A stretch of DNA of 64,000 nucleotides from a virus (Duplodnaviria; Caudoviricetes): the IMG/VR virus record IMGVR_UViG_3300014720_002243, positions 1-64,000 of that record; one strand, 5' to 3'. Below the pieces are notes generated by a model. The model had not been told where the DNA came from. It did not search any database and worked only from the letters and a program-made list of their open reading frames with translations. The position numbers and the translations under genes were made by a program. Below, piece after piece: positions 13,201-26,000 of the stretch; positions within the stretch are counted from its first letter, which is position 1, and every line of letters starts with the position of its first letter.

Positions 13201-14008
13201 TCTTTACTATATCACCTTGTGCTAAGTCATCATTTGGACCCCAATTCAAATCAGACGGCATTCCTAGAAGTGGACTTTCCCCAACATCGTAACCTAATAC
13301 ATATACAACACTATTTTTAATTAAATCAATACTATTATCTGATCCTAGTAAATACAAATTATTACTACGATTAGCAAAATTTCCATCTCCAATAACTTTA
13401 GAATTATTTACATAAGATAAAGAATTACCTGAACCTAAAACGCTTGTGTATGTAGCATTATCAACATTATTAATACCTATTTGATTAACACTATCATCTA
13501 GTTTCAGTATAGACTTTGAGACGCCAGATGACTCAACATTAACAACAAACTGACCTCTTGTTTGTCCTTTGAGCGGATTAAGTATTTTGGATTGTACTTG
13601 TGCGAAATTTACAACATTACGATTATTATTTCTTGCGGATAGGTTTAATGATCCAGCTATGCTTCCAACTTGTGGTACCACATCTGGATTGTTATACAAC
13701 GTTAGTGCTACTCCTCCTGCTCCGCAGTTGCCTTCAAAAACAGCACATCTTCCAACCATATGAAAATTTGGGGATGATTCATATACAGGAAAACTTGGAG
13801 TATTGATGGCCACTTTACCATCTTTAGTAAGAATGAAGAAGTTTCCTTGATTAAGGCTAATTTTTAATGGGTATAGTCCTGATGAGGCTATTTGTGTGGC
13901 CCCCAATACAACACTAGCGTCTATAGGATTTGTATAAGAACCAGAATTACCAATTATCAAAGAATTATTGCCGCTACTCCAGAATAGATTTGGTTGAATT
14001 TCTGCCAT
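7286..14008 (-). CDS. Large tail fibre/spike protein with beta-helix-like repeats
   Basis: 2240 aa; long N-x-I-x-G-x-x-N repeat tract; RVGINTSTPQNTLDVVG fibre motif; directly downstream of the tape measure gene. Confidence 0.7.
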   Translation of the reverse strand: MAEIQPNLFWSSGNNSLIIGNSGSYTNPIDASVVLGATQIASSGLYPLKISLNQGNFFILTKDGKVAINTPSFPVYESSPNFHMVGRCAVFEGNCGAGGVALTLYNNPDVVPQVGSIAGSLNLSARNNNRNVVNFAQVQSKILNPLKGQTRGQFVVNVESSGVSKSILKLDDSVNQIGINNVDNATYTSVLGSGNSLSYVNNSKVIGDGNFANRSNNLYLLGSDNSIDLIKNSVVYVLGYDVGESPLLGMPSDLNWGPNDDLAQGDIVKIENNALLNGYYVANTGIWTKIDDTVAVAYIGTSNILIGSENALSGNNVIAIGNSSSVSGNNIFMFGSYNNVKTQKLTGILSSGSSDIENSFILGSYNSIDASGTIVFGSHNASSGVSAIVLNGSHNTIASGSISSVVLGDNNIVNSVSGIVLGSNNLGSIDLTSLLGFNNNIVLSSGNILGSYNRVSGVNNNIIGNSLNVTGSQISAIGSNLSASGNNNLIFGNQQNLLSNSGIFIGNHGSISGNNNIDIGSHILSSGSHSIITGNNNKTEDVLKINLYGHNNILRSGTYIDANVIGQNNIISSGIQNINVVGDNNKLDNIFDLTVQPVEAFYDSEYSVLTDLTNSNLFRVGDRVSLRDSDEIFVIENKIPPSNDQSSQFTIEFQNPIPSSLLNQTLYIKSQTLQDEITYNYSNPNTIIGNTNTIIGMSGLIIGNLNKASGNMITNISSSSNITGNNVINIGSKLVSSSGNNIINIGHNFKGITNDLTNIGFNNTNEYQFSSILGSDNFVINGDVIGSGNRVYDRNTSIVGDSNTIIGYGKFFNTNDSLIFSSGSYDSSLDAIVLSQNAARFYPTDGRVVNSQKLIVQLAISGTYLPAFSGYATFVRGDQMYFAEKGPNYGTTLNPLFDTFNPVPLQNFVKALFPTSAIPDNIDAFVYPITDENKVVIGDENFITEGRYLGVFGNNNKYGTDVNSNRFEIGSTTSYSGIVIGHNNTIERSWFIDRNGFNWRYPSFSVFQGAIGLGTTNTDPNSIYFGHVDHGFKLFDLGGRQDTIVSEIIDPFTVPPTRINVNKEIVGRNSFRRGILFNSKFQSDTAVGVMGTSEVSEPAILIIPSSENRVGINTSTPQNTLDVVGSTRTTTLLATSGTINFLSIPNNASAGYFLTSKNENGEVEWKSGLKIDFQGLPGTLMYWSGSNLTDGKIQPMSQLVRSVVDASTVPLNQVIYNPSGCVIARSGLVFDQYLWCDKYAVMSLDGLRRNVLAEVLTELEKSADVNPYKLEYANKLLALGREERRNPESYYVPFSANVLYFVPELITKEYKSIGGTADSTYDRILASAGYNKEGVFAIGRRKNSMPSPLNDNIEETDIGGSFAAASLPNGMVAPQYMLSTIPKKNTRQKKIHYRFNKDEMTFYTEQLHASSAVIDTELATYLRPMETQNDIKGWWDERGAPDDAAKVPGGDTDLDRAVPTAFNMGLQETDFIIYGTGSKYRTADSVDVPKFTIGSESDYKVWKLDPDAVPIDIPCVTKVPAFYYNASINSFMLHTMKPSWIPVPIPGDECQPCNPKESGVWFADLTVRGWIGTSGIRIGTGLTRQVEVDPQDATKVREMVDEKGRPLFRSTRGMYLRSDAYGFAVWDEGPDGVSRSSNDIITVPKSVDTTLVEGSLDPLIDIANFPVETNDILTSARLIRDTLNVRSDAESISNSFRIRGITRNTLLFAQNPAPNTYYRTGKTNKFNEPPYQNDNNSINESTIDGTENVFYYGYSNALAGLLLYNNSLQKTEVWIDGDATKRVSMGDIVRIVIYYKPDNHIEGQPYPQKIVKVRVLGVNAVWLSGQKTTTEKTLQTQIVLSEKLEIDQSTYSLDASNQLRQVAIMSEGVGGYITFNFPGTTPELVLSNRDGVPNLFNTSGKRIDFAVYGGFKVNRPDPSFLVDSINRTVSINTSKSAIYGAYNKNITFNSSLLSDYKSDINSPIYYDYGWQEKYLLGKVEETSSLLRLTGSAIPLSIDFMVGDVIEIIYDNTQKILGQIVTKTIPTSTQGAPVEWDIRVSLTAVNPGLVDDRIGNIQRVKDNKGIETTGIVNNNIKVKVIKRQLGLSTVDGQNNTTLTKAEGNIPLAASLSVKGLTYTDGLMLSNIDNLGNVVIPHNSVLYNRHGMVFGSNLRFFTYDDLLVDNKKNQHLLYNTDTPAVIGSGAVSSKINGNVPIFADTTIQGSTKIENLYIDTLNSFDTIDGGLVVFGGTCSGANLQCS

Positions 14009-14021
14009 AATAAATTACCCT

Positions 14022-17000
14022 TTAAGCCATATTTTGACTGTTTTGATTGCTGTATGCGGACGGGTTGTAGTTCATACTGATAGCGCCATCCGTTTCCCTT
14101 GCTAGTTGGGCAAAAGCATTGTTTATCTCGTTTTTAATCATGTTAGAGACATATTTATCCATATTACTAAATACACTAGCGCCATTAATATTTACATTTA
14201 CATCGTGTTTACCGGTTATAGTTATAACTGGCGGAATATTTAGCTTTAATAACTCTTTGGTAAAGTTATCAAATCTTTGAGTAAAGTTATTCAATGAGGC
14301 TAATGTTGTTTCATCCAACTTCAAAGATGGAATAGCTAAGTTAGCCAATTTATTACTAAATTCACTAAATCTTGATGTAAATTCTCTAATTAAAGATATT
14401 GATTTATCATCTAATGATAAAGAATACATACTACCCAATCCACCAGTTTGTTGAACAGGCGTTTGGGTTCCTTGCTGGTAGTATTTTACAACTCCTCCTC
14501 TTTGATAGTTCTGACTATTAATTTGTTTTAGAAGAGGTAGGTTCTTTTGTGTGGCTCGTTTATTAATTACAAATTCGCCAGGAGTTAACATTGCTGGTAC
14601 AGTATCGGTACCTTTTGGAGCAAAATTTACTAATGACCCTGATGAATAATAACTGGGCACAAAACCACCCACCGCCATATTAACTGGACCGGTTGGCTGT
14701 GTTTTTGGTTCTGGCTTTTTATTTCTAGTAAAGTAATCTACGATAGACTTTAAGTTCTTTGTTTCTCCAAAATTTAATATTCTACTTTGGTTATATTTAT
14801 TTTTTACTTTTTGAGCATACTGGTTTATCTCTGCTTCTTTAAGAATATTATCTATATTATTTATCTCTGATCCTACCGCGGTCTTTTGGAAACTTAGAAT
14901 ATTGTCTGGGTCTTCGCCAGCAAAGGCTGATCTTAAAGTACTATCTCTTCCCTCTTTATTGATGTATGCATCTACTATATCTAAAGCTTCTTCTAGATTA
15001 AAAAATAGAGTGGTTAAAAAATTACTTCTATCTTTAAGCATTTGAGCGGCTGGTTCTACCGATTGCTTTACATAATTACCCTTTGAATCTTTCAAGCTAC
15101 TCAAAAATTTAGACGAATCAATATTTTCATCGGTATATGCTTCTTTATTCTTAATTTCAAAAATATCTGGCATAGCTTTATATTCATAGGCTAATTCATC
15201 AATTAATTTTAATGCTGGATCTTGCTTACTAAAAGATGTTTTCTGGTTTCTGTATATTCCTTGACCCATTACGAGTCTGTGTTGTTTGGCATCAAACCAT
15301 GGATATTTTGTCGATGCTGCTTTTTGGGCTAACTTAGAATCATTACCATATATTGTAGCTAATTTATTCATATCGTATGTCAAAAGTTCATTTGATGGTA
15401 AAATATTACCATTAGCATCAAAAATCTTACTCGTATCACCAGCCTGTGAACCTCTACCTCTACCAGCTTTTAATGGTACAACAAACCACTGATCATTAGC
15501 TTGTGAAAGATTTTTTTGAGTCGTTAATCTACTTTGATATAAACCAGAAACCTCGGAAACCAAACCTCCTCTAGCAAAATTTACAGCAGCAACTCTTCTT
15601 GATGCTCTTTCTTGCGGATCTTCTGTATCTGGTTGAAGCTTACTTGCCTCTATAGCGTCTTTTATATCTTTTGGTAAAGCAACCGTTCCTGCGATCTCTG
15701 ACGCTTGCATAATATATCCTTGTCCCTGAACCAATCTATTATTGATTTCAGCCAATACACGTAAAACATCACTTCCTGTTTCTTCAGGTATCATTGTAGT
15801 TAAACCTTTAGCGAGCTTTATATTTCCTATCTTGCTCGCCAATGCCGCCCCACCTATGGTGCTAGCTGCTACGCTTATACCATCTAATGCTCCTAACATA
15901 AGTTCATGATCACGTCCACTGGTTCCTCCTTTCATACCTGATCTAATAGCCAAAGCCATTTTTTCTTCCCATAGTTTTTTTTGATTTCCGGTAATTGCTT
16001 GAGCCCAAGAATCTGTAGATTCTAAATTGGAACCAAAAGTAGAGTCTACAGCTCCTAATACATTATTATATAAAGAAGCGTAATTCATTACCGCTCTTTC
16101 TAACTCTAATGCCGCCCCCTCATTCATAACATTAACAAATTCTGAAGTATCAAAACCTATAGCTCTAGTAAATGCATCTTTTGATCCAGGAAAGAGGTAG
16201 TCCGTCCCAGAAAGAAGCATGTCGGGTATTGAAACTACAGAACCCACAGTTAAACCAGCTAAAGCACCAGCAGCTCTTGTTGTTCCGACAGCAACATTAC
16301 TAATCATATCTAACATGCTTGAGAAAATCTTAACAGGCTTATATCCATTTCCGTAAGGTTCCCATTCTATAGCATTATTTATTAACTCTCCTAGTTTCCC
16401 TAATCCAGATGCGACCATTCCTGGAACGGTAGCAAAAGCTTTCTGTCTTTTGAGTTCTGGATGATCAAAATAATTTATTCCACTTCTACCTTGACTCTTA
16501 ACATATTCTTCATCAGCTTTTTCTATCATTCTCCATTCAATAGGACCAATACCTCTATCGTTTCTGTCAAAATACTGAGCATCATAACCTCTACCTATTT
16601 GATAAGGAACATTTAATTTTTTTGCTTCTCTTGGTGACAAAAGCATTGATCTTGGACCACCAGCCTTATCTCTTACATATGCTCCATCAGCAGCATAAAT
16701 TATTCCTCCTCTCATATAAGATTTACTATTACTTGTGGAGTTATTGATAGATTGTAATAATGGTAAATTCTTTTGTGTAGCTTGTCTATTTACAACAAAC
16801 TCACCAGGAGTAAGCATCGCTGGTACGGTATCTGTACCTCTCGGCTGGAAATTAATCAATTGACCATTAGAAGCATAAATCATCCCGCCGGTTTGTTTGT
16901 TTACTGCGGTTATTCTTCTTTGATTTTCCCAAGCCTTAATAGTGTCTAAGTCTTCTTGGTTCATAAATTCTCTTCTGAGAATAAGACTTCCTCCAGGAAC

Positions 17001-20000
17001 ACTATTGGTATCTATCATAATTCTTTCGGCATCCAATATACGATCAATTCTACCAACTATTTTTTCTGATTCTATTCCATCATTATTAAGATCCCATAAT
17101 CTTCCTCCATACCATAATCTATCTACATTATTAAATACTTGTTGACTTTCTGGTTTATTTGTGGACGAGGTTTTAGGAGCAGGAATACTACTGCTAGAGG
17201 ACTTAACTCTATTAAGATAATTTTTATCTCCTGAACTTAGCTTATCTATAGGCACGACTATATTTTTATTATTATTTTTGTTTAATTTAACATCTCTACT
17301 TTGATTAACAAAGGACATTAATTTTGCAATTGTATTATATTTACCAGAAACATCGATCCATTTTCTAAACTCTTGACCTAATACAGATATTTCATCCGAA
17401 ACATTAGTTACGGATCTATTCTCTGGTTTTTGTGGAAATACAGGTTCAGCAGCTTTTGTAGAAGTATATGCTACCTCTGCATCCGGCACCGGTACTGCTT
17501 CTGCTGTTGGTACAGCAAACTTCTTTTGTTTTTCTAGTACATTTGATAATAAAAAGTCAGATAATTTAGAAGCGATATATCCTTGGTTTGGATCGTATAC
17601 CAAACCAGCATTAGTACTTATTTTAGAAATCCTGTCTCTGCTTCTATATTGTTTAACAAAATCTGATCCGTATTCTTTCTCTAATCTATTTAATGCCTCA
17701 TTAATACCTATTTTTTGATAGGGATAAGGATCATCTACTGATAATTCTCTATTAGATAGTAAAGAAAATACAGATTCTTGCGACGATGGACCCAATAGGT
17801 TTATCGGGAAAGCAGTAACCCCCGCCGTTTTCTTTTCGGGTTCCATTATGTCTGTACCAGCGATCTTTAGTATAGCCAAGAATTGTCTAGCTGCGTCATA
17901 TGCTACTATTCTACCGTCTGTTCTATTTTTTCTATCCCATTTTTCAAATGTCATAGTTGGTGTAGATAGATTAATACTGCTAGTTGGACCTTCTTCTAGC
18001 ATTAATTCTCTTTTAAGAATCCTCTCTTTTCTTTCTTTGTACTCTTTTTCAAATTGTTGCGAGGCATTAATAGCATCACTATCGCTAATATAAGATTCAG
18101 CGGAATATTGAGGTTTATATGATTCTCTAGCTCTTCTACTAGCTTGTGCTCTAGAAGATGGAGAATACGCAGTTGGATCTTCTGCTGGTGGCATATATGG
18201 GTTTTCTTGTCTATTCCTCTGAGAAGCCATGGATCTAGATGATGGAGTCCATGTTGTTTCAGCCACATCTCTCTTGAAGCTTACAGATGTTTGATTTGGT
18301 CTAGCAAAAGAAACATCGGCTGACACCGGTTGAGCTTTTCTTACGACTCTACCTCTAGGAATGTCTCCTCCAAAACCAGCCCAACGGCCAGCTGTTAAAT
18401 CCCATACAAATTGTTTGAATCTATCCAAAGACATTGTTTGTTTCGAATTACCATAACCTAATATATCTTCATCAGAGGCTGATCTAATATCATTGACAAA
18501 TTGACGGATCCAGTCTTGTGGAGAATCAGACGATACAGGGTTTTGCGATCCGTTTTGTAGATATTTGACAACTCCTCCGGTTTGATAATTTTGACTATTA
18601 ATAGCTTGTAATAAAGGTAGATGTTTTTGAGTAGCCTGTCTATTGATGACAAATTCACCCGGAGTCAACATAGCTGGGATAGTATCTGTTCCCCTAGGTT
18701 GAAAATTAATAATTGATCCACCATTATTGTAATATCCTACGGAGCCACCCTTTGATCTATAAATGACATTTGAATCTTCTGTTGTGCTATCTCTGAGAGC
18801 TTCTTCTTTTTTAGCTTTTTCAAATAATGTAGCATATATTGTACCAGCTAAAGCTTTATAAGATGTTGTATAAGCTCCGGTACCTTTAATAGGATCAGCC
18901 GATCTATGATCAGGGTTTTCGTATAATTTACTATCAAAAGTATTAACCGGTCCTTGATATATAGTTCTTGGATCTTGTAATGTAAATTTCCCGGCTGCTC
19001 CTATCATATCGACTAATTCATTAAAAGCATTAGAAACGTTGGTAAATGCAGCATTATCTAAAAATGTTTCATATATTGACCAAGGATTAACTCCATTAAT
19101 ACTTTCTGTATTTAATGCATAGTTTGACAATCTAGGAGCTTTAATATCTCTATCATCTCCTTGTACTTTGATACCCTGAACAGAACTAATAGGCTGTGAC
19201 AAAATAGCATCTTTAAAAGCTAAATATGTCAATAGATCACTCGATGGATCTATCATAGACTTGATTCTATCAAGATTAGGATCTTTAACACCTCCAGGCA
19301 TATTAAATTTCTGAATAGCATCAGCTATATCCAGTCTGTAACCTTCTGTATAAATTTTCGTGGTATCTAGAGCTTTAGTTAATAAATCTGTTAAATTATT
19401 AGCTGGTGTTTCTGCTCCAATAGTAGCAGATCCCGTTGCTCCTATGGATAAGGACTGTATATCTTCTGCTAGATCATTAGCGTCTTGCTGATTAAATGAA
19501 GCCTGACTAGCTTTATTAAGAATGTTTTGAATATTTTCTATCATACCTTTACGGGAAATAATAGAAAGATTATATCTAGCAAAACCTGCCCAATCTGGAC
19601 CTCCAGCTTTCCACCACTGTTTGCCTCTCTTGCCAGCCACTCTCGAATCTTCAAAAACTGATAATTTATCTAAATCTTCCGTGCCAAAGAAACTTTTTTG
19701 CAGATCATTAAACTCGCTCGATAGTGTATTTGATGCTGCTGCTGTTTTACCCCCATTAACATAGAAACCCAACTGCAACAGACTCATCAATTCTTGGAAA
19801 GCTCCGGGATATTTAGCTTCGGTGGCATTCATTAGGTCTGCTGTTTTTTGTGTTTTATCCCAGCCCAAAGTTTGCAAATAAACCTTTCTTAGATTGTCTG
19901 GGACCTCCGGACCTCCGCTAAATAAATCCCCTATTCTACTATCTTGTAAGTTTTTAACCCATGGTGCTAAATCAGATAAATTCAAATTAGATATACTAGA

Positions 20001-23000
20001 TTGATTAATAAAATCTTCTAATAATGATTCTTTAGACTTCACTAATTCATTCTTTATATTTAGTAGACCATTTGCATAAGCAGGAAACCTTTGATTGGTA
20101 GCGTTGGTGGCAAAAGCTTTATTTAAATCCACCTTATCTTTAAAATCATTAACCATAGATGGATCTAGATCTAAATTACCGAAATTAGCTTCGCCACCTT
20201 CTCTATATAGAACGCCAATGCCTGCTAATTGTTGGTACAAGCTCCCTTTTGCTCCAAAAATATCTCTTCTAGCGGCCGCCGTTTCTCTAGATAGATCGTT
20301 ATCTTCTGGAATAATATCCAAATCACTAGGTTCTAACTGTACTAATTTGGACAATAATTGTAAGTCTACAGCTTTTGTCGGAACTTGACCACCGTTACTA
20401 TTGATCCATTGTTTAATTTTATTAGATAATATAGATGATGCATCTGTTTTAGTTAATAATAATTTATTGTTATTATAATCTGTAGTGGCTAGTTTGAATG
20501 GATTTATAGTTTTATTATCACCTAACATATTAAATGTATCGGCATATAAACCAAAGCCATTGTATTCTTTGCTAATAGAACCACCATTATTAAAATCAAA
20601 AATAGGTAGTTTTTTCAAGGTCTTATATGGGAACTCTACATTGATTTTTTTATCTATAGCCCATGGAGCATCAAATGTTTCAGAAAATGTTTCATTTATT
20701 AAATATTGTTTAGGATCTAAAAATGGTTTTACACTATTAAGAAAGTCAGATCCGGTGATACTGTCAGATAAAGACCAAACAAAATTTTCTATATTATTAG
20801 TATCTATGTTTTTAATTGGAAAATCAGAACCAATATTTGTGGCATTTTTAAACCTAGGATTAGTTTTGATTTTAGAAGCATCAAAAGACCTCTTACTCCA
20901 CACATAAAGATCTGTTAGCTTACTGAGATCTATTCTATCTCCTTTTACAGATGATAAATTGGCTACTTCGTCTTGATCAAGAATATCTCTATTAAATTTA
21001 GCTTTTTCTATTAAACCTTTAGAAATATCACTAAGAGCATTCTGATAAAGAGCATATTGATTGGAATAGATAGTCTCTGGACCAAAACTATCCTTCTCTA
21101 AATCTTCGAAGTCCGATCTAATTAGTTGTAAAAATTCTAAATTTTCACTAATACTATCTCTAGATGTTCTATATATTTTAGATGGTGGCAATACTGATAG
21201 ATTTTTTTGTCCAGATCTTGAGGATCTACTAGCTATATCGACAGTAAAGCCGCCCGCTCCATAAATAGGTAATCCTGGATCCCCTGTTGTTATTTGCAGA
21301 TTATTTACATCAAATCCAACTGGCATACCAGATCTATTCAAAGCAGATATTTTTTGATTAACTACTGGATCACTGGTGCCAGGAACCAAGAATAGAGCTT
21401 TTTCACCAAAACCTTTGGTATATTCTAACTTATTAAGATCAGCTTTAGCCTTAGTAAATATAGCATTATCTATACCTCCACCAAAATCGATAACGGATTT
21501 ACCTTCCTTGTACCATATGGGTAATTGACTAGACAAGGCTTCTGTATATTTTTGTTGATTATATATTTGATATGTGTTAAGATCTAAATTCTGAAGAACG
21601 CTATCTATCACTGGTTTTAATCTTAAGGCTTCCGCTGCTTCTCTCTCTTCTAAGAATCTTTCTTTAATAGTTCCTATATTTTTGAATAGGGCTTCTGGTA
21701 TAGCTGGTCCTAACTGAGAAACCTGTACATTGTTTGGTGCGTTATCTGCTAAAACAGTACCATTTAGAGCCATCTTATATCTTGGATAAAAACCAATACC
21801 AACAGAAGTTGCAGAAACTCCATCATTAATAAAGTTTTCAAATGTTTTATAGTTTTCTGAAGATGTAGCACCTAACGGGAATGCATCAGGACCAACAGCA
21901 TTTAATCCTAATGGTATTATACTAGGATTATTTGTTAATTTCATAAGTCTTACAGTATTTGCGTCTCTCAAAGTTTCTGTTAACTGTCCAGGATCAAAGT
22001 GTCTATTTTTACTAAAATTTTTGTTTCTTTTACCAGCAGCATCTGGTGGATTCTGATAAAAATCACTCGATAAACCAAAATTCTTTGTTTCTGCTTCTGA
22101 ACTAGCAGAGGTAAAACCAGTTTCATTTTTCAATAAACTAGATACATAACCGCCAGTAGCATAATATTTTACCTTTCCTCCTCTAGCATAAGTATTAGTA
22201 TTAATCGCATTTAATACTGATCCATATTTTTGTGTTGCTGATTTATTGACAACAAATTCTCCAGGAGTCAACATAGCAGGAACAGTATCTGTTCCTTTTG
22301 GCTGGAATATCGAGCCACCGATATTTCTATAAACCACACCACCACTAGAAAGACCAGCGGCTGGGGTCTGTTTAGATAGTATCTCTTCTATCTTTTGCAG
22401 ATGAGATACCTGGGCTTCTTCAAATTTAACCAGAGTATCTGTTATGGCGTTTTTAAATGCTTCTTCTGAACTTTGTTTAAGATTTTGAGCAAAATTTGTG
22501 TTCAATTCAGCGAGCAACTCATTGGCCTTAGACTGAATCTTTATTCCTTCTTTATATTGCTCTACTAATTGGGACATCTCCGAATTATTTTCTGGATTTC
22601 TAAGAGACTTAATAACCTCATTAAACATAGGTGTCATTCCTATGCCAGCCTCTTGTAGCATAGTCTCTAAAACATTAGCCTTAATTGTATTCTGCTCTCT
22701 TGTATCTCCTAAGAAAGGAGCCAGCATATTAAATGCTTCGAGAGTATCTCTTCTATCCTGAGCTATAGCTTGATCAGCAGCCAAAACTGGATTATCGCTA
22801 TCTCTCATTGCCTCAAACACATTTCTTGAAGCGAAAGGATCATTAACCATACCCCTCATATTATTATCTAGTCTCTCAAAAGCAGAAGATAGTTTAAAAT
22901 TATCTTCTCTTGTTGACGTTAAGTATCTTTCTATTATATTTTGTCCAGCTTGAGTTTTTGCTTGAACCTCTGATATCTTTTCTAATGCTGCGGATGCTTG

Positions 23001-26000
23001 TTCGCTATTGGCCGCTAGATCTTCTAATGCTTTTTGATTATCTCTTAAGGATCTTGTGGTTCTAGATAATTGATCAGTAAAACCTAATACATCTCTAGCT
23101 CCTGACCTTCCTCTGTCTTGGGCTGATTGTAATTGGTTTTGTTGAAATGCTCTTCTATTTTCTAATCTATTAATATTGTCTAATATACCTTCAGGCGATG
23201 CTGGTCCCCCTGTCTGGTTACGAATAGTTGTGTCTCTAAAACTTTGTATAGCATTTACATCAATACTGGAACCAAAAGTTCTGCTTAATTGTGAGGCGCT
23301 ATTGAATCTAATCTCACTAGCTTTTCTTAGTAAATCGCCGGCTTGTACTAAAAGTTCTACTGAAGTATTGGTCTTATCAACTAGAATACCAACTTTTTGA
23401 GCATAGTCTTCCAAAGCCTTAATGGCAATATCTTGTGCTCCCTTGAGAGCGTCTATAGAATCTTTTAATTGTGGAATAGCTTCTTCTAGATCTCTAAAAT
23501 CTACCTTGTCATCTCCACTCTTTCTTCTTTTTTCTAATTCTATGGCTATTTGTTGACCAAGCTTATCACTTAAATCTTGAGGTAATGACGACTCCGTGAG
23601 TTCTGCTCTAACGCTTTTTCTGATAGCAGCAGCTATTGCCTCATCCGTTGTTGATCCGGGCAACGTTTGTGCTGCTTGTATAGATGCTAACACAGCAGAT
23701 TCTATTTTTGGTCCAATATTAATTAATTCTCTAATTGTACCACTTTCTGAACCAAAGAAAGAACCGGCAACACTAGCAGCTTGTGCTCTCTCTTCATTCG
23801 TCGAAGCTCTGGGATTTCTGATAATATTAGATGTTTCACTCTTAAAAACACCTATTCTAGCTTGACCTTTAACCGAGGCTTCGGCTAGTTCTACAGAAGT
23901 GTTAAAGTTTTCTAGAGCTACAGAACTTCTATTGATAGCTTCATCCATATTTGCAAACATATTTTTCAAACTTCTGGTATAAGCTTTTGTAGCATTATCT
24001 AGATCTATTAATCCTTTTTGTCTTAGCCATATCTGCTCTTGTTGCCTTAACTGTGCTGATGCTTCTATCTGTAAAGCCTCTTCTATTCTTGCTTTCTTAA
24101 CATCCTCAGTCAGTGTTGCATCAGACTGAATGCCCCTGATAATTGCTTCCACCTCAGCATTTGATCTAGCCAAAACTTGTCTTTGAGCATTCCACTCCGG
24201 CCTTCTCATAATATCTTCGCTAGTTTCGCCGGTTGTAAATCTTTGATTAAAAACTTCTAATATAGAGCTTCTGCTTCTACCAAGCAGCAATGAGCTTTCC
24301 TCGGCTGTTGTTCCAGATGTTCTATCTGCACCGAGCGATTGAGCAATAGCCGCTGCTACTGTTCCACCTATAGCTGCCCCTATAGCTGTTCCTAATCCGG
24401 GAGCAATAAAAGTACCTATTGCGCCACCAGCTATGGCTCCGGCACCCAAAGAAGTGCCTGTTGCCATACCAAAGCGTCTATCTCCAGCACTTCTAGCATT
24501 AGCTTCATTAATAGCTGCAATGCCAGCTGATGTCGCAAAAGTATTGGCTAGTTCAAGAGTTGCTCTATCTTGAACCTTGGAATATTTTTCTAAAGCTTCT
24601 GCTGACTTGGTTAATGCTCTCTCTTGCTGTTTTTGAGCTTCTTCTATTCTACTTTCTTTAAGAGCATTACTATAATCTATAAATGTCTGTGTAAGGGCTA
24701 CAGCCGCCGCAGTTCCGGCTCCAAAAGCTGTTGCTATTCCTCCAACTGTAGATGATCCAAAAATACCTCTAATCTGCTGATTAAAAAATCTGTTTAAGCT
24801 AACTGTATTTATACTTTGTGCAAATTGACCAAGAATCCTCTGTCCGAATCTAGAATCTGCAAAATTACCAATAGCTCTTATAGCTTGAGCAGCTTGGTAG
24901 AAACTTCCTGTTACGGAACCCACAGAAAAAGCTAATCCACTTAATGTTTTTCCTGCTACTGTCGTAGATCCAGCAAATCTTGATGTTGTTTCTATAGCTG
25001 TAGCTAAAGCTCCACCAAATATATTAGCTCTAGTTGATAATTGCTCAATAGATCTATTAAATACAGACGAAGAGAATCTTTGATATCTTTCTTGTATATT
25101 GGGGTCGTTTTCTCTAGTATTTCTTCTTATCCTTCTACTAACAGGATTATAATCAATACCAGATGGTAAAGTTGCTGAGTAAGGATTAGGAGCACCAGAA
25201 CCCGACATAAAAGCAAATGTTCTCTGACCACCCGGACCTGTAGGACCAGAAGGTGTTGGAGGAGCCATAAAAGGAAATGTTGTTTGAGTATTTGCATCTG
25301 TTTGGGCTTTGGTGGCATCTGTTTGGGCTTTAGTGGCTTCTATTTGCTCCATAATGCGAGCACCCAAATCTTTAAGATCAGCAGAAGATAATCTTTCTCC
25401 CGTAGTAGCGTTTCTGCCACCAGTAGCCTCCCAAGCTAAATGTCTTTGTACTATCTCTTTTTGAAGCTGTGCATCATTTAAAGGATTAGCTAAACGATAT
25501 CTATCGCTGCTTTCTCTTGGATTTTTTTCCATATGCAATTGTTTACCAATATCCCACGCTGCCCAAGATTCGCTCTTGCCCCATTTACTGATAGCTATAC
25601 CAGCGGCTCTAGCCGCATCCTCCATTTCTTTTCTAAGCTTTTCAATTAGAGCATTTACTTTTATTGGGTCTTCGCCAGCTAATGCTTTAGCGTATAATTG
25701 TCCTCTATCATTAACCCCTCTGGATGGACCAATATCGCTATAATCTAATCTACTATAATAATCTTCTGGTTTAACGACTGGTTTTGGATATATTTCGCTT
25801 CCTACACCTCCTACACTCCTAGCCATAGCTTGCATTACGTCTTTAGCATCAGAGGCTCCTGACTCGAAAACTTTTCTACCGGCTCTTGCTTTTTCAACGT
25901 CTTCATAATATTCTTTACCCGGACCTTTATAACTTGAGCTAGAACGTATAGTGTCTAACTCTATAACGTCTAACTTACGAATTCCGGCTCCTAAAATTTT

